A stretch of DNA of 64,000 nucleotides. Origin: an uncultured Acidobacteriota bacterium. Lineage in GTDB: Bacteria > Acidobacteriota > Thermoanaerobaculia > UBA5066 > Gp7-AA6. Under the pieces are notes generated by a model, which did not search any database, was not told the DNA's origin, and saw nothing but the letters and a program-made list of their open reading frames with translations. A program made the position numbers and the translations under genes. Below are positions 38,689-50,540 of the stretch, in pieces (within the stretch, counting starts at the first letter, position 1; the number at the start of each line of letters is the position of its first letter). The stretch is taken from assembly GCA_963723535.1 (NCBI GenBank), contig CAVRRE010000008.1:49047-113046 (forward strand), given 5' to 3'.

Positions 38689-39185
38689 CCCTCCGCGGGT
38701 CCCTCCGCTCGAGGATCGCCGCGCCGGTCCTGGAGCAGCTCACGCAGGGCCTCTCGGCGGACACGATCGCGCTCACGATCGGCGTCGGCCTGGCGATCGC
38801 CGTCATCCCCGTCATCGGCGTGACGACCGTCCTGAGCATCCTCGCGGCCTGGGCCTTCCGGCTCAACCACCCGATCATCCAGGCCATCAACTGGACGAGC
38901 GCGCCCCTCCAGCTGCTGCTCCTCTTTCCCTTCATCCGGATGGGCGAGCGGCTCTTCGGAGCTCCGAGGCTCACGCTCTCGCTCGACGAGCTGGTCGCGA
39001 TGGGCAAGGCCGACCCCGTGGGAACGATCTCGCTTCTCGGCGCGACGGCGGCGCACGCGGTGGCCGCGTGGATGCTCGTCGTGCCGTTCGTCATCGCCGG
39101 CTCCTACTTCATCGCGCGCCCTCTGCTGCGCGCGGCCGCGCGGGCCCGATCCTCGACCCGCTCCGATCCGCCTGCGATAACGTGA
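38685..39185 (+). CDS. DUF2062-like membrane protein
   Basis: GTG 38685 overlaps the cfa stop. ..LALTIGVGLAIAVIPVIG..AWAFRLNHPIIQAINW.. fits the DUF2062 pattern. Confidence 0.6.
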   Translation: MTLRGSLRSRIAAPVLEQLTQGLSADTIALTIGVGLAIAVIPVIGVTTVLSILAAWAFRLNHPIIQAINWTSAPLQLLLLFPFIRMGERLFGAPRLTLSLDELVAMGKADPVGTISLLGATAAHAVAAWMLVVPFVIAGSYFIARPLLRAAARARSSTRSDPPAIT

Positions 39186-39191
39186 GCCCGA

Positions 39192-40113
39192 GTGAATCTG
39201 CCCACGCCGCTCGAGCCGGCGCCGCCGGCGCTCGCGAACGGCCGGACGATCTACCTCAAGCGCGAGGACGTGCACGAGCTCGGCGCGTTCAAGTGGCGCG
39301 GGGCGCTCCCGACGATCGAGCGCTACAAGGCCAACGGCGCCAGCAGCCGTCGTCACGGCCTCGACCGGGAACCACGGCGCGGCCGTGGCCTGGGCGTGCA
39401 GGAAGCTGGGCCTGCGCGCCATGGTCTACGCGCCCGCCGGCGCCTCTCTCGCGAAGCTCGCGCTCATGGACTCGCTCGGCGCCGAGATCCGGCTGATCGG
39501 CACCGACCTCGACTTCGCCAAGGACGAGGGCAAGCGCTTCGCCTCCGAGGCGCACGTTCCGTTCTTCGAGGACGGCGTCGAGCCGACGCAGTTCGAGGGC
39601 TACGGCGCGATCGCCGAAGAGATTCTCGAGCAGCTCGGCGCGCCGCCGGCCGCCGTGGTCGTCCCGGTCGGAAACGGGGCCCTCATCGGAGGAATCGGCC
39701 GGGCCATGAAGACGCGCGCGCCGGAGACGGAGGTCGTCGGCGTCTCGGCCAAAGAGGCGCCGGTCATGGCCCTGTCGTTCGAGGCCGCGCACCCGGTCGA
39801 GTGTCCCCGCATGGCGACTTTCGCCGACGGCCTCGCGGTCCGCGTCGCGATCCCGGAGGCCGTGAGACTCATCCAGGGCGTCGTGGACCGCATCCTCCTC
39901 GTTTCGGAGCGCGCGATGGCGGAAGCGATCCGCGACTGTCAGAGCGCGGGCATCCGGATCGAGGGCGCCGCGGCGTCGGCCTTCGCCGCGATTCCCCAGC
40001 TCGACAATCCTTCGCCGCCGCCGGGACCGATCGTGCTCATCGTCACGGGACGCAACATCGACGACGCCCTCCACCGGCGCGCCGTCGAGACGCCCGCTTC
40101 GTTTCCGGACTGA
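39192..40113 (+). CDS. PLP-dependent threonine/serine dehydratase-family enzyme; apparent frameshift near 39346
   Basis: ..YLKREDVHELGAFKWRGA.. (PLP Lys), then in another frame ..VVTASTGNHGAAVAWAC.. and ..VVPVGNGALIGG... Confidence 0.7.
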
Positions 40114-40128
40114 CCGGGAGCGACGCCC

Positions 40129-41763
40129 TCAGACCTTCAGGTCGGCCGTCGGCAAGAACCGCGGCGGCTTGCGCGCCCTGGTCGCCTGCTCGAAGGCATA
40201 GGCGATCTTGAAGAGCGTCGGCTCGCTTCCCGCCCGCCCGAAGAAGGAGAGGCCGACCGGAAGGCCGAACGACCAGCCCGCGGGAACGGTGACGTCCGGA
40301 TATCCGGCGATCGCGGGGAACGAGGAGCTTCCACCGGAGCCGTAGGAGCCGTTCACGAGGTCGATGAGGGAGGCGGGCGCCGAGGTCGGCGCGACCAGGC
40401 AGTCGAGCCGGTGCTCGTCCATGGTCTTGTCGATGCCCTCCGCGCGCGTCAGGCGCAGGTCCTTCGCGAGCGCGTCGACGTAGGTCTGGTCGGTCAAAGG
40501 GCCTTTCGCTTCCGCCTTCTCGAAGATCTCCTGGCCGAAGTACGGCATCTCGGCCGCGCGGTTCTTCTCGTTGAAGGCGATCAGGTCCTTCAGGCTCCGG
40601 TACGGCGTCCGGCTTCCGAGACCGGCGAGGTACGCGTTCAGATCGGCCTTGAATTCGTAGAGCAGGACCTCGAGCTCGGATTCGTCGGTGTCGCCCAGGG
40701 TCGCGATGTCTGCCGGGTCCACGATGACCGCCCCTTCGCGCCGCATGACATCGAGCGCGGCTTCGGCGACGGCGTCGGCCGCCGGGCTCTGGTCGTAGAG
40801 CTTCTTGCGCGGCACGCCGATCCGCATGCCGGAGAGCCCCCGCCGGTCGAGAAACGCCGTGTAGTCGACCGGGGCCTTGCCCGAAAGCTCCCGCGTCGCG
40901 GAATCCGCCGGATCGAAGCCGCACATGACGGTGAGCAGCACGGCGGCATCGGCGACCGTGCGCGTCATCGGTCCGGCCGTGTCCTGCGAGTGGGCGATCG
41001 GGATGATTCCCGTGCGCGACACGAGCCCGAGGGTCGGCTTGAATCCCACGAGCGCGCAGTTGTTCGCGGGCGACACGATCGAGCCGTCGGTCTCGGTCCC
41101 GACCGTCACCGCGCAGAGACTCGCCGCGGCCGCGGCGCCAGAGCCGGAGCTCGAGCCGGACGGATCCCGGTCGAGCGCGTACGGATTGCGGCACTGTCCG
41201 CCCCGCCCGCTCCAGCCGCTCTGGGAATGCGTCGAGCGGAAATTGGCCCACTCCGAGAGGTTCGTCTTGCCGAGGATGACCGCGCCCGCGTCGCGCAGGC
41301 GCTTGACGATCGGCGCGTCCGCCGCCGGAATCGCGCCGATGAGCGCGAGCGAGCCCGCCGTCGTCTGCATCTTGTCGGCGGTTCCGACGTTGTCCTTGAT
41401 CAGAACGGGGATCCCGTGGAGCGGTCCGCGGACCTTGCCGGCTTTGCGCTCGGCGTCGAGGCCCGCGGCGATCGCAAGGGCGTCCGGGTTGATCTCCAGG
41501 ACCGCCCGGAGCGCGGGCCCGCGGCGATCGACGGCCTCGATGCGCGCGATGTACTTCTCGCACAAAGAGCGCGCCGAATCGGCGCCCGAGGCCATGCGCT
41601 TCTGGAGATCCACGACCGTGACCTCCTCGAGCTCGAACGAGGGGATCGTCTCCGCAGCCGCCGTGGCGGCGACGGCTTCGGCTTCGGCTTCGGATCGTCC
41701 CGCGAGAGCGGCCGCCGCGCCCGCGAGAGTGCCGCCTTTCAGAAGCGACCGGCGATCCATCAT
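40129..41763 (-). CDS. amidase-signature family amidase with Tat-type signal peptide
   Basis: MMDRRSLLKGG.. twin-Arg leader and the amidase signature (..GGSSSGSGAAAAA.. with a GTETDGSI block). Confidence 0.85.
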   Translation of the reverse strand: MMDRRSLLKGGTLAGAAAALAGRSEAEAEAVAATAAAETIPSFELEEVTVVDLQKRMASGADSARSLCEKYIARIEAVDRRGPALRAVLEINPDALAIAAGLDAERKAGKVRGPLHGIPVLIKDNVGTADKMQTTAGSLALIGAIPAADAPIVKRLRDAGAVILGKTNLSEWANFRSTHSQSGWSGRGGQCRNPYALDRDPSGSSSGSGAAAAASLCAVTVGTETDGSIVSPANNCALVGFKPTLGLVSRTGIIPIAHSQDTAGPMTRTVADAAVLLTVMCGFDPADSATRELSGKAPVDYTAFLDRRGLSGMRIGVPRKKLYDQSPAADAVAEAALDVMRREGAVIVDPADIATLGDTDESELEVLLYEFKADLNAYLAGLGSRTPYRSLKDLIAFNEKNRAAEMPYFGQEIFEKAEAKGPLTDQTYVDALAKDLRLTRAEGIDKTMDEHRLDCLVAPTSAPASLIDLVNGSYGSGGSSSFPAIAGYPDVTVPAGWSFGLPVGLSFFGRAGSEPTLFKIAYAFEQATRARKPPRFLPTADLKV

Positions 41764-42065
41764 GACTTCCTCCGCGATTGGTGCGGCAGAGATATCACGA
41801 CGCCCAGCAGGTTGCTGAAAAGGGTGTGGGATGGCGTTACGTGCGCCGCGGGGTCAGATGCAAGGAAGCGCGACGATGGCGATGCATTCGCATCGTCGAG
41901 GAGCGATGACGCCGCAGATGGCCCCGCGCCGCCGTAACCCGAAGGGTGGACGGCACTTTGCCGGCGCCCGCCAGCGAGTGATGACGGTCCGAGTCGCGAC
42001 AGACCGAAACGGGCGCCCGATGCAAAGTGCCGGACACAATGCCCGCATCCATTTTCAGCAGCCTG

Positions 42066-43496
42066 CTAGAACAGGTGCGCGATCGAGCTCGCGTAGTACT
42101 GGAGTAACGGGATTTCCTCGGGACGCGCCCGATAGAGCCCGTCGGCGGAGTCGACGAGCCGGCGGAGCGTGAGCATCCGGAGGCCGACCGTGATCGCGTA
42201 GTCCTGGTCGCTCCGAGGCACGTAGACGTGGGCGCCGCGCCGGCCGAGCTCCCCCATGAGCCGGAGGACCTCGCCCTTCAGCTCGAGCTCGCTCCAGCTC
42301 CGCTCGGGAGCGCGCACGAAGACGGTCGCGACGAGGGAGACCGGAACGACCGGGATGACCCTCGCGATCTCGGCCATGAGCTCGCGCGCCAGATCCTCGA
42401 GCCGGCGCGAACGATCCTCCCGGGAGAGCTGCCGGAAGTCGATGCCATGGCGGACCGTGTAGCGGCGGAGCGAAAAGGGAGACCCGAAATTCACGCAGGC
42501 GTAGCCGAAGCGGTGCCAGCGGTTGAGCGTCCGCAGCCAGACGTTGCGGCCGACGAAGCGCGCGGTCGTCGCCGCGGTCGCCGTGGCGGTGGGCCGGGGC
42601 GTCCCGGGATCGAGCTCCTGCAGAAAGCTCCGATCCTCGAAAGTGCGGTCGTAGTTGATCCCGACCGGCACGAAGACGATGTCGCGCTCGCCGCCCGGAT
42701 CGAAGGCGCGCACCATGTAGTCGAGGATTCCGAGCTTCGGGGGCCGCAGCTTCCCGTCGCGCGACAGGCCGCCCTCCGGAAAGACCGCCTGCGTGACTCC
42801 CCCGGCCGTCGCCATGCCCACGTAGCGCTCGAGGACCTTGCGGTAGAGCGGGTCCTTGGAATTGCGGCGGACGAAGTAGGCGCCCATCGCCCGGATCAGC
42901 GTCTGGAGGGGCCAGATCCGCGCCCACTCGCCGACGGCGTAGGAGAGCGCGGCCTTCTCCGCCGCGAGATAGGAGACCAGGATGTAGTCCATGTTGCTGC
43001 GGTGATTGATGAGAAAGACGACCGTGGCCTGCGGAGGGATCCCCGCGAGCCCCTCCTCGTCCTCGTAGCCGAGCCGGACGCGGTAGAGCGAGCGGGCGAG
43101 GTTGCGCGCCAGCCAGTAGCCGACGCGGAAGTACACGTAGGCGTTGAACGCCGGAACGATCTCCCGGGCGTACCGGCCGATCCGCTCCATGACGACCTCG
43201 CGCGGCATCTTGTTCTCGCGAGCCTCGGCCTCGGCGGCCTGCTGGACCTGCGGGTCGTAGAGCAGCCGGTCGATCAGCACGTCCCGCTTCGTCAGCTCGA
43301 AAGGGGCGATCCGGATCTTCAGACGCGTGTTGATCTCTTCGAGGACGCGGTTGACGCGGCGGCGGAGGATCCACCGCACGCTCGGGAGCAGCAGACGGTC
43401 GAGCGCCGCCCACGCCGCCAGCAGTCCGAGCAGAACGACGAGCCACACGGGAAGCGAGACGCTGTCGCTCATCGGGATCTTGCCGACCGGGAGCAT
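42066..43496 (-). CDS. PlsB-like glycerol-3-phosphate/lysophospholipid acyltransferase
   Basis: H-x4-D motif (NHRSNMDY) and an FPEGGLSRDG block, with an N-terminal TM segment. Confidence 0.75.
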   Translation of the reverse strand: MLPVGKIPMSDSVSLPVWLVVLLGLLAAWAALDRLLLPSVRWILRRRVNRVLEEINTRLKIRIAPFELTKRDVLIDRLLYDPQVQQAAEAEARENKMPREVVMERIGRYAREIVPAFNAYVYFRVGYWLARNLARSLYRVRLGYEDEEGLAGIPPQATVVFLINHRSNMDYILVSYLAAEKAALSYAVGEWARIWPLQTLIRAMGAYFVRRNSKDPLYRKVLERYVGMATAGGVTQAVFPEGGLSRDGKLRPPKLGILDYMVRAFDPGGERDIVFVPVGINYDRTFEDRSFLQELDPGTPRPTATATAATTARFVGRNVWLRTLNRWHRFGYACVNFGSPFSLRRYTVRHGIDFRQLSREDRSRRLEDLARELMAEIARVIPVVPVSLVATVFVRAPERSWSELELKGEVLRLMGELGRRGAHVYVPRSDQDYAITVGLRMLTLRRLVDSADGLYRARPEEIPLLQYYASSIAHLF

Positions 43497-43547
43497 AGGA
43501 CAGCCCCGCACTCGAGGTGCACGAGAACCGCGGGTAGGATTCCTCCT

Positions 43548-44006
43548 GTGGCTGGGAATGCCGAGTGGACGCGCGGGCCGTTCTCGATCTCGACGGATCC
43601 GGCGCTTCTCGACCGGCCCCTCATCCACGCGGTCCTGAGCGGCTCCTACTGGGCCGCCGGCATCCCGCGCGAGACCGTCGAGCGGTCGATCGAAGGGGCG
43701 CTCTGTTTCGGAGTCTACGAGGGCGCCGCCCAGGTGGGATTCGCGCGGGTCATTACGGACCGCGCCACGTTCGCCTACCTCGCCGACGTGTTCGTCCTCG
43801 AGTCCCACCGCGGGCGGGGTCTCGCCGTCTGGCTGATGGAGGTCATCCGGTCGCATCCCGAGCTCCAGGGCCTTCGGCGCTGGATCCTGATGACGCGCGA
43901 CGCCCACGGCCTTTACGAGAAGTCCGGGTTCCGGACGATCGAGGACCCGGGCCGCTGCATGGAGATCGTGGATCGTGACGTGTACACACGCCGCGGGCCG
44001 GGGTAA
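43548..44006 (+). CDS. GNAT-family N-acetyltransferase
   Basis: ..YLADVFVLESHRGRGLAVWLME.. (acetyl-CoA motif A). GTG 43548 start. Confidence 0.75.
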   Translation: MAGNAEWTRGPFSISTDPALLDRPLIHAVLSGSYWAAGIPRETVERSIEGALCFGVYEGAAQVGFARVITDRATFAYLADVFVLESHRGRGLAVWLMEVIRSHPELQGLRRWILMTRDAHGLYEKSGFRTIEDPGRCMEIVDRDVYTRRGPG

Positions 44007-44089
44007 GATTCCACCGCTGAATATGCCTGCCATCTCCACTCGCTAGCGGTCCGGACGACTCCGGCCGCTTCCAAGTCGCAAGAATTGGC

Positions 44090-44136
44090 GTCGCGCCGTA
44101 GAGGCGCGCAGCGAGAGTCGCGCCGTAAAGGCGCGT
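44090..44136 (+). repeat. two tandem near-identical GC hairpins (GTCGCGCC-GTA(G/A)A-GGCGCG)
   Basis: Read directly. The copies are at 44090-44109 and 44117-44136, just upstream of AAAGGAG and the TTG 44150 start. Confidence 0.7.
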
Positions 44137-44149
44137 AAAGGAGTTCCTC

Positions 44150-44927
44150 TTGAACGCACCTCCGGATTGGTGGAAACATTTTTTCAGCGGTCTCGCGGTC
44201 GATTTCTGGCGCGCCGCCCTGCCGCCCGAGGCGACGAAGGCCGATGTCGACTATCTGTGGAAACACCTGCGGCTCTCCCCCGGCGACCGTGTCCTCGATG
44301 TGCCCTGCGGAGCTGGGCGCCTCACGATTCCTCTCGCCGAACGCGGCTGCGCGATGACCGGCATCGACATCTCGCAGGAGTTTCTCGACGCGGCCCGGGA
44401 AGTCTCGGCCGAGAAGCGTCTGAACGTGGAGCTCGTCCAGGCCGACATGCGCGCCGTACCGACGCAACGGCAGTTTCGACGCCGTCTTCTGCTTCGGCAA
44501 CAGCTTCGGCTACCTCGACGACGCCGGCAACGAGGAGTTTCTGCAGTCCGTCGCCGCGGCCTTGAAGCCGGGCGGGCGCTTCGCGCTCGACTTCGGCCAG
44601 ACGGCCGAGGGCGTCTACCCGAGGCTCGAGCCGCGCCAGGAGGGCGAAATGGCCGGCTTTCGCTTCATCGAAGAAACCCGGCTGGATCCCGCGACCTCCC
44701 GCATCGAAAATGTCTTCGAGTTCTCGAAAGACGGGAAGACCGAGAGGAAACTCGCGTCACAGCGCGTCTACCTCGCGGGAGACGTCGTCCGGCTGCTGGC
44801 GGCAGCGGACCTCGAGACGCGAGAGATCCTGGGCTCGATCGAGGGCGAACCGTTCGGGCTCAGCTCGCAGCGGCTCCTGGTCGTGGCGGAGAAGCGGGGC
44901 GGCGCTTCAGGAGGGAAACGAGGCTGA
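44150..44927 (+). CDS. class I SAM-dependent methyltransferase; apparent frameshift near 44453
   Basis: Motif I VLDVPCGAGRLT. After the frame change come ..FDAVFCFGNSFGYL.. and ..LKPGGRFAL... Confidence 0.75.
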
Positions 44928-45123
44928 TGAGCGCCCAGGAGCCTTCGAGCGCGGTGAGGCCCGCGTTTCTCGCCTCCAAGGCGAAGTAGGTGAGGATCAC
45001 CGAGCCCACGAGATTGAGAAGCAGGTAGGCGAGATTCTCGCGGCCGAGCTTTCCGGCCTGCTGCGCGGCGAAAGCCGCGAGAATCATCGCCGCTCCGAGC
45101 ACCGAGACGACCTGCCCGATCAC
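44860..45123 (-). CDS. small two-TM membrane protein (CBU_0592-like?)
   Basis: 87-aa ORF with two hydrophobic segments. GTG start overlaps the upstream stop. Its 3' end overlaps the convergent methyltransferase by ~68 nt, so the true stop may be earlier. Confidence 0.35.
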   Translation of the reverse strand: MIGQVVSVLGAAMILAAFAAQQAGKLGRENLAYLLLNLVGSVILTYFALEARNAGLTALEGSWALISLVSLLKRRPASPPRPGAAAS

Positions 45124-45974
45124 CGCCCGACTCCGGCCGGAGAGCCGATGCCGGTCCCGCTCGAGACGGCGCCGGACAGTCGTACCAGCGCCTCCTGAAG
45201 CCGCCGCTCGATCGCGGCGGCGCGGTCGGGCGAGATGCTCCAGGACAGTGCCCGGGCCGCCACCACCGGTCCCATGCCGGGGAAGCGGAAGCCCTTGAGC
45301 TCGAGCACGCCGTCGAGCTCCTCCCAGGAGAGGGCCGTTTCCCAGCCCGTTCTGGAGAGGACGCGCCCGGTCAGGCTGTCGCCGCCGTGAAGCCGGAGCG
45401 CGCAGGAGGCTCCGACGCCGGCACCGTCGAACGAAGCCGACGTCGTGAGCCATCGGTCCAGGCCCTCGGCTGTGGCGTAGAAGGGCAGGAGGTTCGAGAG
45501 CTCGTAGGCCGCCGGATTCATCACGAGAATCGAGGTCTTCCGCCGGCCCGCGTAGTTCTCGAGATAGTGCTTGAGGACGGCCAGCGCGTTCGTCCAGCCG
45601 GAGACTATGCCCTCGAACTCTTCGTCCCACTCGGAGCCGTCGAGAAACCCCGAGTTGACCAGCGTCACGCGGGTCTCCCCGCCCTCCCGGGCGATCGAGA
45701 CCTCCAGCAGGAATGGCCCGCTCTTCGGCGCCTCTCCGCCCAGCGCGAATCGCCGGCCCGGCTCCGCAACGACGACTTCGTAGGGGATTTCGTAGCCGAA
45801 TTTTTCGAAGACCCAGGTGAAAATCGAGCCGACCTCGGCCTTCCCCTTCGCGCGGTCGACGAACCAGTGTGCGATTTTCTCGGGGTCCGCCCAGGCCTCG
45901 TAGACCTCCTCCGGCGTCGCCCGCGTGCGCATTTCCACGACGAGCCGCCGCCCCCGATGCCGCGATTCCGTCAC
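45120..45974 (-). CDS. SRPBCC/AHSA1-family protein (two START-like halves)
   Basis: ..ATPEEVYEAWADPEKIAHWF.. is typical of the Aha1/BPI-like SRPBCC fold. Such genes are usually paired with ArsR regulators. Confidence 0.7.
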   Translation of the reverse strand: MTESRHRGRRLVVEMRTRATPEEVYEAWADPEKIAHWFVDRAKGKAEVGSIFTWVFEKFGYEIPYEVVVAEPGRRFALGGEAPKSGPFLLEVSIAREGGETRVTLVNSGFLDGSEWDEEFEGIVSGWTNALAVLKHYLENYAGRRKTSILVMNPAAYELSNLLPFYATAEGLDRWLTTSASFDGAGVGASCALRLHGGDSLTGRVLSRTGWETALSWEELDGVLELKGFRFPGMGPVVAARALSWSISPDRAAAIERRLQEALVRLSGAVSSGTGIGSPAGVGR

Positions 45975-46625
45975 GTGGTCCTCCCTTCCTCGTTCTCCTC
46001 GGCCTCGATTCCCGCCGCCACCGGATAGCACGCGAGCACCAGCCGGTACGGCCGTCCGCGTCCGGGGCGGCCGTTTTCGCGCAGGTTGGGCGAGGTGTGC
46101 CTCGCGATGACCTCGACCAGGGCCTGCCGCAGCGCCTCGGCAAAACGGGTGCGCGCTTCCGGCGTCTCGAAGCGAAATTGCGATTTCACCGACAGCGTCG
46201 ACAGCCGCTTGTCTTCCGCGGCGGCCTCCTCGGAAGCCCGGGTCACGTCGGAGCGCACCTGTTCGGCGAGCGCCATCACGTAGTCGGCCGAGGCCGTATC
46301 GGCGATCGACCGCCAGTCCGGCGCCAGCGGGCCCAGGAGGGCCGGCGCGAGGACGTAGGAGCGCGCGGTCGCGACGTAGCGCTGCTCGATGAGGTTCCGG
46401 CGGCGGCGCCGGCCCGCAGGCGCGGAGCAGGCCCGCGCGCTCGAGCTTCCGGACGTGGTAATTCACCCGCTGGCGCGGCAGGCCGAGGCGCCGGGCCAGC
46501 TCCGTCGCCGACGCCGGCTCGCGAGCCATCGAGAGCAGGCGCGAGCGGAGCGGATGAAGCAGCGCGCTCGCCCGCCGGGAGCTCGCCACGGATTCGAGAG
46601 GCGTCGTGCTTTCAGCCAGGGCCAC
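45971..46625 (-). CDS. ArsR/SmtB-family winged-helix regulator with C-terminal extension; apparent frameshift near 46420
   Basis: ..LLHPLRSRLLSMAREPASATELARRLGLPRQRVNYHVRKLERAGLL.. HTH. The rest (..NLIEQRYVATARSYVL..) is in another frame. The start is uncertain (46625 or 46649). The imperfect palindrome TTGTACGGACAA at 46638-46649 may be its operator. Confidence 0.65.
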
Positions 46626-46847
46626 AGACAGTATTATTTGTACGGACAAATCTTCTTGTCAATAGGCAATCTGCTCCCCTTCGCCCGGTCGGAGCGTATT
46701 TCCTGGCGTGATCACCATCGGAACCTCGGCCGACCCGCGTCGCTACAATCAGCCCGTGCGCAGAATCGAGGCGATTCGCACGGTTTCCGGGTCGGCCTGA
46801 CCGTGGCGCGTCTGGGGCTCGGGGCCGGAGGCCTCTCCTCCCGGGCC

Positions 46848-48752
<1,905 letters not shown>

Positions 48753-48776
48753 GGGCGGGGCTCGTCCCCGCCCTCT

Positions 48777-49493
48777 CTAGTCCCTGCGCCCGCCGAGGAA
48801 CCGCAGCAGGAACAGGAACAGGTTGATGAAGTCGAGGTAGAGCGAGAGGGCGCCCACGACCGCGTAAGAACCGGTCTGTCCTTCCGGGAGGGCCGTGGCC
48901 ATGGCCTTCAGCCGCTGCGCGTCCCAGGCGGTCAGCCCGGTGAAGATGATGACGCCGGCGACCGAGATCACGAACTGCAGCCCGTCGGACTTCACGAACA
49001 AACCGACGACCGACGCCAGGATCAGCCCGATGAGGCCCATGAAGACGAACTGGCCGACGCCGGCGAGGCTCCGCTTCGTCGTCGAGCCGTAGAGGGCCAG
49101 GGCCCCGAACATTCCGGCCGCGACCGCGAATGTCGTCGCGATCGACGTCCCCGTGTAGATGACGAAGATCATCGCGAGCGTGGCGCCGTTCAACGCGGAA
49201 TAGAGCAGAAAGAGACCGGACGCGGTGCCGGGCGCGAGCTTCTGGACTCGGGCCGAAAGGTAGAAGACCAATCCGAGCTCGGCGGCGATGAGCCCGAAGA
49301 AGAGGAGCTTGTTGCCGAAGATGGCCTGCAGCAGCGTCGGCGAACCGGCCACGCCCAGAGCCACCGCAGCCGTCACGCCGAGGCCCACGAACATCCAGCC
49401 GTAGACCTTGCGCAGGAAAGCCGTCACGCGCTCCGCCGTGGCCGCGGCCGTCGGCGAGAAGGCGGTTTGAGGCGTCATTTCGAATTCGTTCAT
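48777..49493 (-). CDS. Bax-inhibitor-1/YccA-family membrane protein
   Basis: Seven TM segments and the conserved C-terminal ..LYLDFINLFLFLL.. block. Confidence 0.85.
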   Translation of the reverse strand: MNEFEMTPQTAFSPTAAATAERVTAFLRKVYGWMFVGLGVTAAVALGVAGSPTLLQAIFGNKLLFFGLIAAELGLVFYLSARVQKLAPGTASGLFLLYSALNGATLAMIFVIYTGTSIATTFAVAAGMFGALALYGSTTKRSLAGVGQFVFMGLIGLILASVVGLFVKSDGLQFVISVAGVIIFTGLTAWDAQRLKAMATALPEGQTGSYAVVGALSLYLDFINLFLFLLRFLGGRRD

Positions 49494-49566
49494 GCTTGTT
49501 CCTCCGGAAGCGGGGATTCTATCCCGCGGGGAAGAACCTTCGGGGCGCCCCCCGGATTCCCGGGCC

Positions 49567-50046
49567 TCAGTTCACCTTGTAACGCAGCATCTCCAGAAAC
49601 GTCAGAGCCATCGGATCTCCCGGGCTCTCGGCCAGAGCGCCCTCGAACTCGGCGACCGCCTCGGAGATCTCGCCGCGCGCCGCCCGGAGCCGCCCGAGGT
49701 TCAGGTACGGAAAGTGCCTCGGCTCGTAGCGCGGCGCCTGCTTGGCCTTCTCGAACCACGGAATGGCGGCGTCCATGTCGCCCTGCTCCATCAGGTAGCA
49801 GCCGATGTCGTTGTAGGGGTTGCCGAAGGTCGGGTCCGTCGCGATCGCTTTCCGGCACTCCTCGATCGCCTCGGGAAGCCGCCCCGCGAAGGAGTAGGCC
49901 CAGCCGCGGAAGGTGTACGCCTCGGCCGTCGGCTCGGTCTCGAGAGAGCGCGTGAACAGCGCGACCGCCTCCTCGAGCTCGCCGGAAAGCAGCCGGTGCG
50001 TGCCTTCGCGCCAGAGCTCGAGCGCTTCCTCCGTCCGTGCGGCCAC
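49567..50046 (-). CDS. tetratricopeptide-repeat protein
   Basis: Three to four TPR-like units (..AYTFRGWAY..AIEECRKAI..PYNDIGCYL..). Confidence 0.7.
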   Translation of the reverse strand: MAARTEEALELWREGTHRLLSGELEEAVALFTRSLETEPTAEAYTFRGWAYSFAGRLPEAIEECRKAIATDPTFGNPYNDIGCYLMEQGDMDAAIPWFEKAKQAPRYEPRHFPYLNLGRLRAARGEISEAVAEFEGALAESPGDPMALTFLEMLRYKVN

Positions 50047-50099
50047 GAGCGAATTATAGAATCCGGTGTTGCGCCGTGGAGCGCGCCCGAAAAGGACCG

Positions 50100-50540
50100 A
50101 TGAGCGACGACCGCAAGTACCGCCACCGCGGCTACCAGGAATCCGACCGCGACTCCTCCGGGAGGCGCCCCAGCGGGCCGCGCCCTCCCCGCAGCGACGA
50201 CGGGGCGCCCCGGGGACGCGGCATCGATCAGAACAAGGCCGTGGTCTTCCGCTGCAAGCACTGCGGCGAGAAGGTCCTCGACCTCGACTCCATCGGGATC
50301 GAGGCCGTTTGCCGCAAGTGCGGCGCCGCCCTCCACGCCTGCAGCCAGTGCTCCTACTTCGATACGTCCGCGCGCTTCGAGTGCACGCAGCCGATCCCCG
50401 CGCGCATCCCCTCGAAGAAGGCCGCCAACACCTGCACGTTCTACGCTCCCGCCAAGACCTTCGATTTGACCGGAAGCCGCGGGAGCGAGGCCACGCCCGA
50501 CGACGCCCGCTCCGCCTTCGACGCGCTGTTCAAGAAATGA
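50100..50540 (+). CDS. small Cys-rich zinc-ribbon protein with Arg-rich disordered N-terminus
   Basis: Three CxxC pairs (CKHCGEKV, CRKCGAAL, CSQCSYF). No family recognised. Confidence 0.5.
   Translation: MSDDRKYRHRGYQESDRDSSGRRPSGPRPPRSDDGAPRGRGIDQNKAVVFRCKHCGEKVLDLDSIGIEAVCRKCGAALHACSQCSYFDTSARFECTQPIPARIPSKKAANTCTFYAPAKTFDLTGSRGSEATPDDARSAFDALFKK

Noticed and set aside
41764-42065. Guanidine-I (ykkC) or other known riboswitch controlling the amidase
   Set aside because: The conserved ykkC elements (ACUAGGGUUCCG / GGUCCGAGAG / ACGGCGGGA) are absent. It is kept only as an unclassified structured leader in the findings.
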